64,000 bases of DNA from an uncultured Gammaproteobacteria bacterium (GCA_964592195.1 CAZQEI010000002.1:13240-77239), one strand, 5' to 3'. Counted from the first letter of the stretch, positions 48,763 to 59,551 are shown. The notes: generated by a model not told the origin, from the sequence alone. Numbers and translations are program-made.

Positions 48763-49899
48763 TTATTCCGTTATTATTATACTAACATGATCAGCCAACG
48801 ACGGCACCTTGGTCACGAAGAACGGTGATAAAGTCACCTTCACAGTTTCAATCTCATCAAAACTGGAAAGATAGAGTTCCACTCCTCGAGTGCTTAACCC
48901 GGCCAACTTGGACTTGTCCAAAATCTTGCTATCAGCTTTCAAAGAAGTTTCACCTTCAGCGTGGATTTTCACGTTAGCAGTCTTTGTTTCCGCATTATAA
49001 TTTTGAACCACGTAAGTTAAATTTTCCATCTTAATACTGCGTAAATCTCGTTCACCAGAAACTAACTGTTTCAAACGAGTAGAAGACGCGGACATAATTT
49101 GATCATTTTTCAATCCGATCAAGGTTACGTTAATTTTTTGTTCCACAGTAAATGTATCTACCATATCATCAACTTTAGCCGAAACTTTTTCATCCACCAA
49201 CTTCTTATCCACAATGACCGCAACAAAATCCTTACCTACTTCAGTATTAAAACGATTAATCGCTTCCGTGTAAATCTTATTCGCCACCGCATCCTTGGCC
49301 ATGGCTAGGTCAACTGACTTCATGACTTTGATGCTACCAGGTTTACTCTTCAAAGTCGCGGCGCTTTCCGCATAAACCACTTTTTGCAAATCTGTTGCTA
49401 AACCGGGAATAGTAAATTTTGACGGTGCCAAAGTTTCAAACGCCGAAGGATTATCAGCATATACATCAGCCATCACACTACCTTTAGCTGGAACGTCAAC
49501 TCTATTTTTTATTCTTAACAACACACCATCAGCTGTTAACAAACGAGTGGTGGCAATCAAAGGTTGACCGACTTCTCGATCGTTGATCAATTTCACTTGA
49601 CCAATCACATTACCTTCTGCGTCCTTGGTGCCAGTTGCATCAAAAGAATCATTTATACTAACTTCTGTGTTAAATAAAAAGCCTTTCAACTTACCCTCAG
49701 CCACAGTTTCTGATTGAGTTTCAATGTCTGCAATGAAATCAGTAGTTACTGAAGATAAACGCGGCTTAATTTCAATCACCGCTCGACTGAACGAGAAGTA
49801 AGAAATCACGAGAATTAACGCGACTGCGAGCACCACAAAAATGGTGATAAATTTTACATACAAATTGGCACCGCCAATTCGCTCCGACCCTCTTGTCAT
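48763..49899 (-). CDS. Membrane-anchored hypothetical protein (CPR-type, baseplate-J-like segment)
   Basis: One TM helix; ATG..A.G.V.LIN..QPLIATTRL, FTIPGL motifs. Confidence 0.7.
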   Translation of the reverse strand: MTRGSERIGGANLYVKFITIFVVLAVALILVISYFSFSRAVIEIKPRLSSVTTDFIADIETQSETVAEGKLKGFLFNTEVSINDSFDATGTKDAEGNVIGQVKLINDREVGQPLIATTRLLTADGVLLRIKNRVDVPAKGSVMADVYADNPSAFETLAPSKFTIPGLATDLQKVVYAESAATLKSKPGSIKVMKSVDLAMAKDAVANKIYTEAINRFNTEVGKDFVAVIVDKKLVDEKVSAKVDDMVDTFTVEQKINVTLIGLKNDQIMSASSTRLKQLVSGERDLRSIKMENLTYVVQNYNAETKTANVKIHAEGETSLKADSKILDKSKLAGLSTRGVELYLSSFDEIETVKVTLSPFFVTKVPSLADHVSIIITE

Positions 49900-50093
49900 A
49901 TAGATTTTGTTTTATGTTAAACAATTATATTGAAACAAAATAAGCACCAATAAACAAATTCCAAAATTCAAATACTAAACTTGATAATTATAAAAAACTT
50001 CCATCCCTTTATCTCTTCATTCTCCATTTCTCTTTATTCTCTTATTCTAATCCGTATATCGGTAATATTATATCACATTTTATCCAACTTTGC

Positions 50094-53000
50094 CTACTTT
50101 CTCCTAGTACTCTGTATCTCAACCACTGATCTAGGACCGACTAACGCATCGACTGATTGCTGAAAAGCTAAACAGTTTTTAACTTTGAACTTAGTTTTCA
50201 CTTGTTTCTCCCCCACTTTCAACGTCACTTCTGATTCACCTAGAAAACGCGAAAAAACTGCTTTCAACTTGTCAGCCATTTCTCTAGTGGCATCCGCTGG
50301 ATAGGCAATCATTATCGGTCGGGGTTTAAAGTTACTCGGATGGTAAACCTTCACTCTAGAAATCACCTCTTCTAAATTATTCAAGTTAACTTCCCAGATC
50401 ATACTGGCCAAAACTTTCGGTTCTGCATCCTTCTCACTCAAATTACCATGAACAATCACCATTTTTTCTTCTACTAACAAATCTTGAAATTCTTTATACA
50501 ATTTGGGAAACACCAAAACTTCAATCCCAGTTAAATTATCTTCAATGCGAACGAACAACATGGGTTCGCCCTTGGCGGTAATTATTTTTTTCAACGAAGA
50601 AACCACACCAGCAGTAATAATCGAAGCTCGTTCTTCGTAAGTGTTTCTTTTTATTTCCGTAATGGAAGTAATAATTGGTTCCAATTGTTTGGAATATTCC
50701 AAGTATGGATGTTTGGAAACATACAGTCCCAAAAATTCCTTTTCCCATGAGAGCTTTTGTTTATCTGATGCTACTTCATATTCAATCAAACTCAAAGTCG
50801 GTAAATTCTTTTCTTGACCAATAGAAAATAAGTTCGTTTGTTTATTGTTTTCTTCTTCTTCAACTGCTTTAATAAATCTCAAAATGCGATCAATATTCTC
50901 CAATGCCAAGTTCCGTTCCACAAAAGAATCTAACGCTCCGCATTTCACCAAACCTTCAATTGATTTCTTATTTAAATCCTTAGACTTAACTCGAATTAAC
51001 ATGTCTTCCAAATTTTCAAACTTACCAAACTCTTTTCTTTCGTGAATAATGGATTTCACAATATGTTCACCCAGATTTCTAATTGCTTGTAATCCGAAAC
51101 GAATAGTTGGCTTACCAGCCTTCAAACTATCTGCGACAACTGTAAATGTAGTAAAACTTTCATTTATGTCTGGGGGTAAAACTTCAATCCCCATTTGTTT
51201 ACATTCGTCAATTTCAATCGCCACCCGATCCATATCTTGTTGATCGCTAGTTAACAAAGATGCCATAAACTCCGACGGATAATTAGCTTTCAAATACGCA
51301 GTTTGATATGCCACCAGAGCATAACAAGCGGCATGGGACTTATTAAAACCATACTCAGCAAATTTCTCCATGCTGGTAAATGTTTCTATGGCCAACTCTT
51401 TGGTTAAATTATTTTTCACACAACCTTCCACGAAACTGACTTTCATTTTTTCCATTAACTCCACATTCTTCTTTCCCATCGCTTTACGCAAAGTATCAGC
51501 TTGACCACCGGTAAAGCCAGCCATATCTTTGGACAATTGCATGACCTGTTCTTGATAAACAATCACGCCATACGTATTTTTCAACGAATTTTCCATAATT
51601 GGGTGCGGATAAGTTACCTTTTTCACCCCATGTTTACGATCAATAAATTCTTCCACCATACCGGAATTCAACGGACCAGGACGATACAACGCCACCATAG
51701 CGATTAAATCTTCAAAGACTGATGGTTTTAATTGTTTCAAATAACGTTTCATACCACCGGACTCAAATTGAAACACACCGGTTGTTTTACCATCTTGAAA
51801 CACTTTATAGGTTTTTTCATCTTCCAAAGGCAAAACATTCATGTCGATTTTCACGCCGTGAATTCTCTCAATAATCTCTGTCGCATTTTGGATAATGGTT
51901 AAGTTCTTTAAACCGAGAAAGTCCATTTTCAAAAGACCAAGATCTTCCACCGGATGCAATGAATATTGAGAAACTGTATCTTCGTCACTCGAAGCCGCAT
52001 ATTGCACCGGAGTATATTCAATTAACGGCTTCGGCGTAATCAAAATACCGCAGGCATGAGTAGATGAATGACGAGCCACGCCTTCAAGCTTACGCGCGAA
52101 GTCTAACAACCGGCGAGCATCACTATTACTATCGTATAAATCTTTTAATTCAACATTTTGAGTGATCGCTTGTTCCAACGTCATTCCCATAGGCACTAAC
52201 TTTGCCACTTTATCACAAAAAACATAGGGTAAATCCAATACCCGACCAACATCTCGCAAAGCCGCCCTAGCTGCCATGGTTCCAAACGTAATAATCTGGG
52301 AAACTTTATCTTTCCCATACTTGCCTTCCACGTAACGAATAACATCAGAACGTCGAGTATCAGCGAAGTCGGTATCAATATCAGGCATGGAGATACGATC
52401 AGGGTTTAAAAATCTTTCGAAAAGCAAATCATAGGGTAATGGATCCAAGTTAGTTATTTGCGTTAGATACGCGACCAAACTTCCGGCCGCCGATCCACGT
52501 CCTGGGCCAACAACGATACCGTTATTTTTCGCCCAAACAATAAAGTCCTGGACAATTAAAAAGTAAGCTGAATATCCAGTTTTTTCAATGACGCTCAACT
52601 CGTAATCCATGCGTTCAATAATCTTTTTTTGTTCATCATTCTGCGGTGAAGCATATTCAAAACCATAGCGGAATCGTAAACCTTCATAACATTGATCCGT
52701 TAAATATTCAAATGGTGTTTTTCCACCGGGAACATTAAAAGTCGGCAGTTGTAATTTACCAAGTTCCAGTTCCAAATTACATAACTCTGCCACCTTAACT
52801 GTATTATCAATCACTTCCAAATTACCCCGAAAATAATTCACCATCTGTTGTGTCGAATACAAAGAAAAATCTTCACCCAAATAACTCATGCGATCTTTAT
52901 CGGAAATTTTCTTTTTGGTTTGCAAACAAATCAAAATATCATGCGCTTCCGCGTCCTCAGTGTTTATATAATGCACATCATTGGTCGCCACAATCGGGAT

Positions 53001-53600
53001 CCCAAGTTTTTTACCCACTTCAAAAACTCTATCGTTAACAATCTTTTGCGCTGGTAAATTTGGATGATATTGCACCTCGAGATAATAATTACCTTCACCA
53101 AACAGTTCCAAATAACGTAATGCCACCTTTTCCACATCATCTCTTTCTTTTTTCAAAACCGCTTGTCCTATCTCCCCTTGCATACACGCAGACAAACAAA
53201 TAATGCCCTCTTTGTATTGTTTTAATAAATCCCAATCAATTCTCGGTTTATAATAAAAACCATCCAAATGCGCAATGGTGGTTAATTTGATTAAATTTTG
53301 ATAGCCTTCCAAATTTTTGGCTAATAAAATCACATGGTAGCGTTTCTCTTGTCCCGCGACTTTAACAGTATGCCCAGTTTCCGCAATGTAGGCTTCCACG
53401 CCAATAATGGGTTTAATCCCAGCTTTTTTACACTTTTGATACATTTCAATGGCACCGTACATCACGCCATGATCAGTAATAGCCAAAGCTGGCATGCCGT
53501 CTGCGGCTGCTTTTTGGACTAAGTCCTCCACCTTGGCCAAACCATCCAATAACGAGTAGTGGCTGTGGACATGCAAATGCACAAACTTCCTATCGCTCAT
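50094..53600 (-). CDS. dnaE: DNA polymerase III alpha subunit
   Basis: FVHLHVHSHYSLLDG, GPGRGSAAGS, MPDIDTDF, YGFNKSH; start moved to MSDRKF. Confidence 0.98.
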   Translation of the reverse strand: MSDRKFVHLHVHSHYSLLDGLAKVEDLVQKAAADGMPALAITDHGVMYGAIEMYQKCKKAGIKPIIGVEAYIAETGHTVKVAGQEKRYHVILLAKNLEGYQNLIKLTTIAHLDGFYYKPRIDWDLLKQYKEGIICLSACMQGEIGQAVLKKERDDVEKVALRYLELFGEGNYYLEVQYHPNLPAQKIVNDRVFEVGKKLGIPIVATNDVHYINTEDAEAHDILICLQTKKKISDKDRMSYLGEDFSLYSTQQMVNYFRGNLEVIDNTVKVAELCNLELELGKLQLPTFNVPGGKTPFEYLTDQCYEGLRFRYGFEYASPQNDEQKKIIERMDYELSVIEKTGYSAYFLIVQDFIVWAKNNGIVVGPGRGSAAGSLVAYLTQITNLDPLPYDLLFERFLNPDRISMPDIDTDFADTRRSDVIRYVEGKYGKDKVSQIITFGTMAARAALRDVGRVLDLPYVFCDKVAKLVPMGMTLEQAITQNVELKDLYDSNSDARRLLDFARKLEGVARHSSTHACGILITPKPLIEYTPVQYAASSDEDTVSQYSLHPVEDLGLLKMDFLGLKNLTIIQNATEIIERIHGVKIDMNVLPLEDEKTYKVFQDGKTTGVFQFESGGMKRYLKQLKPSVFEDLIAMVALYRPGPLNSGMVEEFIDRKHGVKKVTYPHPIMENSLKNTYGVIVYQEQVMQLSKDMAGFTGGQADTLRKAMGKKNVELMEKMKVSFVEGCVKNNLTKELAIETFTSMEKFAEYGFNKSHAACYALVAYQTAYLKANYPSEFMASLLTSDQQDMDRVAIEIDECKQMGIEVLPPDINESFTTFTVVADSLKAGKPTIRFGLQAIRNLGEHIVKSIIHERKEFGKFENLEDMLIRVKSKDLNKKSIEGLVKCGALDSFVERNLALENIDRILRFIKAVEEEENNKQTNLFSIGQEKNLPTLSLIEYEVASDKQKLSWEKEFLGLYVSKHPYLEYSKQLEPIITSITEIKRNTYEERASIITAGVVSSLKKIITAKGEPMLFVRIEDNLTGIEVLVFPKLYKEFQDLLVEEKMVIVHGNLSEKDAEPKVLASMIWEVNLNNLEEVISRVKVYHPSNFKPRPIMIAYPADATREMADKLKAVFSRFLGESEVTLKVGEKQVKTKFKVKNCLAFQQSVDALVGPRSVVEIQSTRRK

Positions 53601-53796
53601 ATGTAGACAGTTTAGCAATTTTCCCGACTTAACTCAACAGGTGTCATTAACAGTTCAAAATATTAGGATTATTCATATTTTGATCCGTAATATCCGTAAA
53701 ATCGGTAATCAATCAGTATATCAGTAATTTAAAAATCGCCGATTTCTCGACGACTTTCTATTCTTTTACTTATCTTGCTTACATTGCTTATCTCGC

Positions 53797-55737
53797 TTAT
53801 TTAAACTCAACCGTAAACAACTCATCCTTCACCACTGATTGCTGACTTTGAATTTTGTTCAACACCTTATCCCCTTGAGCAAATAATTTGATCGGGCGTA
53901 AAAAGTTCAGATCAAAGTTTATGTTCAACGCTTGAACACCGGGTTGTTTTTGTAAATTTAACTGGTAACTTTGCTTTTCAAGCTTATCTTTTAAAGTGGC
54001 TGGTAAAGTATATTGATAGGTTAAAGTGGTCGTTTTCCCTGGTTCCACTTCAAAATAATAACCAAATGATTGCTTGCCCAATTCATTAACATAATCAACC
54101 AGTTTAATATCAACCACTTTACCATTTACCACAAATGATTTTAACTGAGAATCTTCCGGTACATATACCCGAGTATAAGTTTGATATCTGGTAGTTTTCC
54201 AGTCAAATCCCGCAGTGTGGTGATAATTTAAAGTTAAAACCGCATTTAAACTATCCTTACTTTCATTTAACTGGTAAGTATAGCTCTTCTCCATAACTCT
54301 ATCTGTCTTTAAGGCGGCCAAATTGGCATCGATAATCATCAAATAGTCATTTTCAGTTCCAATTACATTACCAGCCCATTGCCTACCCTCTACTACGCTT
54401 TGTACTTGTTGATTATTAAAATTAGTTAACAAGTACTTCTCATCCAAATTTTTCTTAATTGTCCAGGTCACATCTTTCCACTGATTAGAAGGCAAAGCGT
54501 AAAGTCGCGTTTCCAATTCTTTGGCCAAATCACCTATTAACTCTTTACGAGCCGAAGGTTCAATTCCACGACGGTAAAATCCAGATTCCACCTGATATTG
54601 CAATTCATCGGTAAAATTATCTTTGTTAAAAGTTAACCCATCCACCTGTATTTCACCCACTAAACCAAGTAAGTCTTCGAACACATTAGGGTTAACAGCG
54701 ATTACTCCATCAAATTTTTCTTTTCCACCTTCCAACTTATACAATTCCTTAATCTTTTGCACTGAAGTAGGAAAATCTGGTGACCAATTGGCGTCGCGCA
54801 CAAACCACTTGCCAATACCCAAGTATTTTATAATTGGATCCGGAGGTATAGCACTCATATATTTCTCAGACGGAAAATCCAAATTATAAATATTATCAGT
54901 GAAGAACGAGGTAATCGAACCATCTTTAATGCGAACTACTCCATATGTGCCAATGAAACCGCCGGTTGGACGTAGCTCATCATTGTTTTGCATTAAAAAT
55001 AAATAAACTTTTTCTTTTTGATAACCAAGCATTTCCGGTGCGATTTCCGCGGCTAATTTAATACTATCAAAACTATCATATAACGTTGGCAAGACCTGAC
55101 TCAAATCATTAACTATCGGCCCCCAAATAAATGAATTTTTTGCAGTTTGCAATCTTTGCCATGCTCCTTGCGAACCAGCTACTTGAAAATTCGCTTGCTC
55201 CAATCTATCCCCCAAAGTTTTCAATTCACCCAACAAGGCAGAACGCTCAGCTTGATTCAAATCTTTCAAGCTTAAATCTTGGCGATTTAAAATTTTCATC
55301 ACTTGTGAACCAAACTCTGCGCCATCCAACAATATATCATTTGTACTACGACCAATTAACAATAAATCGTTTAAATGAGTTACTTGTTCGTTCACTATTG
55401 GCAAGGATGAAATTGGATTTGTATTAATCTTGGTAATTGCTTCATCAGCTTTAACGAAACTATCTTCTGATGCCTGCAAATCTACCTTGGCTGCGTTGAA
55501 ATCATTCTTGGCAAAATTATCTTTGGCCGAAAGAATCTTTTGTTTCGCAGTCTGCAACTCAATCTTGACCGTTTGCGTTGGCCCCCAATAAATAGCCAAA
55601 GTAATTCCGCCTAAAATTAAGGCGACTAAAATCAAAGCTCCTAAACTTGTTGCCAAAATTAAAAAAAAGCGTTTGACACGCCCCTTGGTTGCCCCCCCTT
55701 GATCAATTTTCACCTCTGAATTATGTTGTTCCTCCAT
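53797..55737 (-). CDS. DUF4012-like membrane-anchored protein
   Basis: QNNDELRPTGGFIG, RDANWSPDFP, DGVIA, QKQPG. Confidence 0.85.
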   Translation of the reverse strand: MEEQHNSEVKIDQGGATKGRVKRFFLILATSLGALILVALILGGITLAIYWGPTQTVKIELQTAKQKILSAKDNFAKNDFNAAKVDLQASEDSFVKADEAITKINTNPISSLPIVNEQVTHLNDLLLIGRSTNDILLDGAEFGSQVMKILNRQDLSLKDLNQAERSALLGELKTLGDRLEQANFQVAGSQGAWQRLQTAKNSFIWGPIVNDLSQVLPTLYDSFDSIKLAAEIAPEMLGYQKEKVYLFLMQNNDELRPTGGFIGTYGVVRIKDGSITSFFTDNIYNLDFPSEKYMSAIPPDPIIKYLGIGKWFVRDANWSPDFPTSVQKIKELYKLEGGKEKFDGVIAVNPNVFEDLLGLVGEIQVDGLTFNKDNFTDELQYQVESGFYRRGIEPSARKELIGDLAKELETRLYALPSNQWKDVTWTIKKNLDEKYLLTNFNNQQVQSVVEGRQWAGNVIGTENDYLMIIDANLAALKTDRVMEKSYTYQLNESKDSLNAVLTLNYHHTAGFDWKTTRYQTYTRVYVPEDSQLKSFVVNGKVVDIKLVDYVNELGKQSFGYYFEVEPGKTTTLTYQYTLPATLKDKLEKQSYQLNLQKQPGVQALNINFDLNFLRPIKLFAQGDKVLNKIQSQQSVVKDELFTVEFK

Positions 55738-55751
55738 ATTTTTTTTGTTTT

Positions 55752-55913
55752 TAGAACCCATCTTAAAAATAATTTCGTTACGAAATTTAGGCATTTACGA
55801 GCGAAAATTATGAAAAATGAGGAGACATAATGGTGTTATGTCGACGAGTTTTGAATAATTTGCAGCCGGAAATGACAAATTACAGTAGAAATTTATTTTT
55901 AAGATGGGTTCTA
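55752..55913. mobile_element. 162-bp MITE/RPE-like element with perfect 19-bp terminal inverted repeats
   Basis: TAGAACCCATCTTAAAAAT...ATTTTTAAGATGGGTTCTA; core GAGGAGACATAA..TTATGTCGACGA. Confidence 0.8.
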
Positions 55914-56692
55914 CGATGTTTAATTTCAAACTTTATCCAACTTTTAATATGTTGTCTGGTCAGCGGATTGGTAAAAACTTTCAATAAACCTCCGTTACTC
56001 ATTTTACCATGTAGATGAATAACCGCTTCCGTGCCAAAATAAACTACCTTTAAATTATTATTCCACAAACGACGGCACAAATCAGTGTCCTCAAAATACA
56101 TAAAAAAACTTTCATCAAAACCACCGACTTGAGTAAAGATTCGTTTCGGCATTATAAAACAGGAACCTTGCACCCAATCCACTTCTTTTATAGTTGTATG
56201 ATCAAAATCTTTCATTAAAAAATCATCCAAATGTTTACGAACAGAATTAAAGCGTTCAGCAAAACTAAATCTTCTCCACAACGGAGTTAACCAACCATAC
56301 CAGCGGTAACAAGTATATTGCAAAGATTTATCTGGGTTAACTAAACGCGGCGCCACCAACCCCACTTGAGGGTTAGCTTGCAAGTAACGGTACATATTTT
56401 CAATCGCCGACTTGGTCACGTAAATATCGGGATTAAGAATCAGAACATAACGACCATTGGCCGCTTTAATACCAACATTATTCCCACCACCCATGCCAAG
56501 GTTTTTTTTGGTTTGAAGATATTTAACCTCAGGAAACTCAGCTTTTACCAACTCCTCAATTCCATCGTTTGAATCATTATCAACAACAATTAATTCATGA
56601 GGAATATCAATTCCAGCTTCATACCAGGTACGCAAACAGTTTCGGACCAACCGTTTCATTTTATAACTAAGAATAATAACTGAGAGGTCCAT
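55880..56692 (-). CDS. Glycosyltransferase family 2 (WbbL/rhamnosyltransferase-like)
   Basis: MDLSVII, VVDNDS, LNPD, VDWVQG, FDESFFMYFEDTDLC. Confidence 0.9.
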   Translation of the reverse strand: MDLSVIILSYKMKRLVRNCLRTWYEAGIDIPHELIVVDNDSNDGIEELVKAEFPEVKYLQTKKNLGMGGGNNVGIKAANGRYVLILNPDIYVTKSAIENMYRYLQANPQVGLVAPRLVNPDKSLQYTCYRWYGWLTPLWRRFSFAERFNSVRKHLDDFLMKDFDHTTIKEVDWVQGSCFIMPKRIFTQVGGFDESFFMYFEDTDLCRRLWNNNLKVVYFGTEAVIHLHGKMSNGGLLKVFTNPLTRQHIKSWIKFEIKHRRTHLKNKFLL

Positions 56693-56708
56693 ATTTAACG
56701 AAAGAATA

Positions 56709-57692
56709 TTATTTAAACCAAAATTCAACTTGCTCTCGACTGATTTGTTTTTTTGACATGATAAAAGCCCGCTTCTCCTTCATCTTTTTCCAGTTTTTAA
56801 AAACAATTGACCAAGCGCGTAAGGTTCTTGTTTCAACAAATAAGATGAAAACAAATTTAACTAATTCATAACAAAACACTGATACTGAGTTAACTATGCC
56901 TCCTGGGAAATTCTTGATTAATAAATAAATTTGATTTCTATAAGAATGATAATTGGCAAACTTTGATTTTCGTTTACGATTCTTCGCTGTATCCCAAGCC
57001 GTCATCGTGGCCACGGGGGAACTAACCGTGCGATCATGGTAAGCAATCGCAGACGGAACACAAAACGCTTGCCAACCGTTATATCTCAAACGATAGGCCA
57101 TATCCACATCTTCTTTGTAACTGAAAAAATCTTCGTCAAAAAACTCTTGGCCGTACTGTACGCTCTCAAGGGCTGCACGCCGATAAATCGGCACCGCGCC
57201 GGAAACACCAAACATTTCAGTGATTACATCATACTGACCTTCATCTTGTTCTCCCGCGCCCCAATCAACCACTTTATGATTACGAGAAATTTTAAAACCC
57301 AGAGAATCAATATATTTGGTTTGTTGTTGATCTTGCCAACGAAGGATTTTACCAGCCGCGCTCCCCACCTTGGGATTGGCATCTAAGTAGGCAATAATTT
57401 TTTCCAGATAATCAGGCGCTAAAATCACATCCTGATTCAAAATTAACGCGTATTCAGCTTTGTTCCAATGAATCGCTTGATTGTGCGCCTTGGAAAAACC
57501 TAAATTTTGTTTATGACGAACCACCCGCAATTGAGGATATTTTTCATTAATAATATCGACGGTATCATCGGTCGACCCGTTATCTATAAGTAACAAATTA
57601 AAATCTTGAAAAGTCTGATTAAAAACCGAATCCAAACATTCTCGGATATAATTCGCACCATTCCATGTGACTAAGTTTATTGCGACACGCAT
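56709..57692 (-). CDS. Glycosyltransferase family 2
   Basis: IDNGSTD, NLGFSKAHN, LNQD, FDEDFFSYKEDVD. Confidence 0.9.
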   Translation of the reverse strand: MRVAINLVTWNGANYIRECLDSVFNQTFQDFNLLLIDNGSTDDTVDIINEKYPQLRVVRHKQNLGFSKAHNQAIHWNKAEYALILNQDVILAPDYLEKIIAYLDANPKVGSAAGKILRWQDQQQTKYIDSLGFKISRNHKVVDWGAGEQDEGQYDVITEMFGVSGAVPIYRRAALESVQYGQEFFDEDFFSYKEDVDMAYRLRYNGWQAFCVPSAIAYHDRTVSSPVATMTAWDTAKNRKRKSKFANYHSYRNQIYLLIKNFPGGIVNSVSVFCYELVKFVFILFVETRTLRAWSIVFKNWKKMKEKRAFIMSKKQISREQVEFWFK

Positions 57693-57773
57693 ATTTAAAA
57701 CAAATTCTAAATCCTAAATACTAAATTCTAAAGAGGGTATCTTAAAATGAATTTCCATCTCTTAACTCTCTTT

Positions 57774-57803
57774 TCAGCCGAAGGCTGATCCGCCTTTGGC
57801 GGA
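57774..57803. repeat. 30-bp hairpin dimer
   Basis: TCAGCCGAAGGCTGA-TCCGCCTTTGGCGGA. Confidence 0.8.
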
Positions 57804-57832
57804 ATTCTCATTTTCTCTTTATACTCTTCTGA

Positions 57833-59320
57833 CTATCGCGGCTTCGGCGTCACCCAAAACCCCAAATGATATTTCTTACCCAGCATCAAACGAGTTTGCG
57901 CTTCGATGGCGGGGATTGCGCCAAAGATGATTAAAGTAAAAGGTAACAATGCCCACTGTAAAACCATAATCAACCACTTATTTTTCGGCGCATGTTTGGG
58001 TCGACTGGGCAAAACTAAGAAACTGAAAAAAGCTGACACAAATAAACCGAGCATGGATAAAGTCATAATCCATTCGAGCACAAACGGAGTATTCTGAACT
58101 AAAACTGAAGATGATTGTGCTCCTAAGCCGGCTATGAATAACGGTAAACGACCAAGAATGAAAATTAAGATCGGAGCCAACGCCCAAGAGAACATGCCTT
58201 CCATTAAATTGAAAGTGTATTTAAACTTTTTCAACCAGGAGATTTCCGGATGTTCTTGGAACTGTTGCATCATATAGGGGAAATGCTCAACTCCCCAGGC
58301 CCAACGACGTTGTTGTTTATATAAATTGCGCGCGCTTTGCCACAAAGAATCAGCCATCACGCTATCCATAGACACAGGAATATAGATTGGTTCCACTTTG
58401 AATTGACCATTGTAACGGAAAAAACCTTGTAAGAAAATTCTTGAATCATCGGTCACAATATCTTTTTGCCAGAATCCAATATCCACTAAAGCCTTGTATG
58501 GCATAGCGTGGGATGAAAATGTATACATTCTTTCCGGGCGAATTAACTCGGCCATCAACCAAAATACTGTTCCGAACGCTGTGATACGCGTAATAGCCGG
58601 CGCTTCCCAAATGTTATTATTGTAAACCACTGCCGGTTGATAAGCTTTATGCAAAGGATCTTCTACAGTTAAATATTTGTAAGTTAAATTGGCAAAGTAT
58701 TCTGGATGCACGCAGGTATCAGAATCAAAGTATGAACAAATAATATCTTCATATTTCAAGCCTAAACGATCAATTTCTTTTTTACCTTCATTACCACCAT
58801 AATGCGCGTTTGCTCCCTTGCCCTTCATCTCCCCTTCCAATCCATCTGGGTGTAACGAAATTATTAAATGAAAAAATACTTTTTCATACTTGGCTTTTAT
58901 TTTTTCTACATTGGCCAAAAAACTTTCCTTACATCTTTCTTCTCCGGCCAAATGAACAATCATTTTGTTCGTAGGATAATTACTTTGAACAAAACTATTT
59001 AAAGTAGTATCCAAAACTTCAAATGGTTCAATAGATGTTGGCAAAATAATATAGTGATAAATATTTTCCCATGGTAATTTATCAGTCTTCAACTTTTCTA
59101 ACCAATTGATCTTCACTTCATTATCATGCAATTTCCAAGCAAAAAATAATAAAATGGAAAAATGGGCTACCCGCAGAAACCAAAGTAAGTCGTAGGCAAT
59201 GATAAAGTAAATTACCCACAAGGGTCGAACAAATGACAAAACCACAGACAAAATCAAAGCCAGCCAGACCAACCCGCCTGGGATTAATTCTAAAAGTCGC
59301 TTTTGTCTATTTTTGTTCAT
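57833..59320 (-). CDS. Membrane-bound GT2-like glycosyltransferase
   Basis: GKGAN, FDSD, DDSR, KQQRRWAWG; N- and C-terminal TM helices. Confidence 0.88.
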   Translation of the reverse strand: MNKNRQKRLLELIPGGLVWLALILSVVLSFVRPLWVIYFIIAYDLLWFLRVAHFSILLFFAWKLHDNEVKINWLEKLKTDKLPWENIYHYIILPTSIEPFEVLDTTLNSFVQSNYPTNKMIVHLAGEERCKESFLANVEKIKAKYEKVFFHLIISLHPDGLEGEMKGKGANAHYGGNEGKKEIDRLGLKYEDIICSYFDSDTCVHPEYFANLTYKYLTVEDPLHKAYQPAVVYNNNIWEAPAITRITAFGTVFWLMAELIRPERMYTFSSHAMPYKALVDIGFWQKDIVTDDSRIFLQGFFRYNGQFKVEPIYIPVSMDSVMADSLWQSARNLYKQQRRWAWGVEHFPYMMQQFQEHPEISWLKKFKYTFNLMEGMFSWALAPILIFILGRLPLFIAGLGAQSSSVLVQNTPFVLEWIMTLSMLGLFVSAFFSFLVLPSRPKHAPKNKWLIMVLQWALLPFTLIIFGAIPAIEAQTRLMLGKKYHLGFWVTPKPR

Positions 59321-59350
59321 ATTTCTTTGACCTTAAATTCAATTACATTT

Positions 59351-59435
59351 AGAGACTGCCACGCCCCTCGATAACCTCGGGGCTCGCAGAGGAGTGAACT
59401 CTTTTGCGAGGAATGCAATGACGAAGCAATCTCAT
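59351..59435. repeat. REP/RPE-like paired hairpins
   Basis: GAGACTGCCACG..GCTCGCA and TTGCGAGG..GACGAAGCAATCTC in inverted arrangement. Confidence 0.6.
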
Positions 59436-59460
59436 TACAACTTGCTTTCTTGTTTTATTG

Positions 59461-59491
59461 TCCCGCGGAGACGGGATCCCGCTTCGCGGGA
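59461..59491. repeat. 31-bp hairpin dimer in a TTGCTTTC octamer array
   Basis: TTG[TCCCGCGGAGACGGGA-TCCCGCTTCGCGGGA]CTTTC. Confidence 0.8.
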
Positions 59492-59551
59492 CTTTCTTGC
59501 TTTATTAAAGGATCCGTAGCTCTAAAATATTATCTAATTTAACCAAAAAAG

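Noticed and set aside
48763-49899. Prophage baseplate gene
   Set aside because: Membrane-anchored protein next to dnaE; no other phage genes or integrase in the window.
50094-53600. Intein or split in dnaE
   Set aside because: Continuous 1,168-aa protein of normal length with no Hint motifs.
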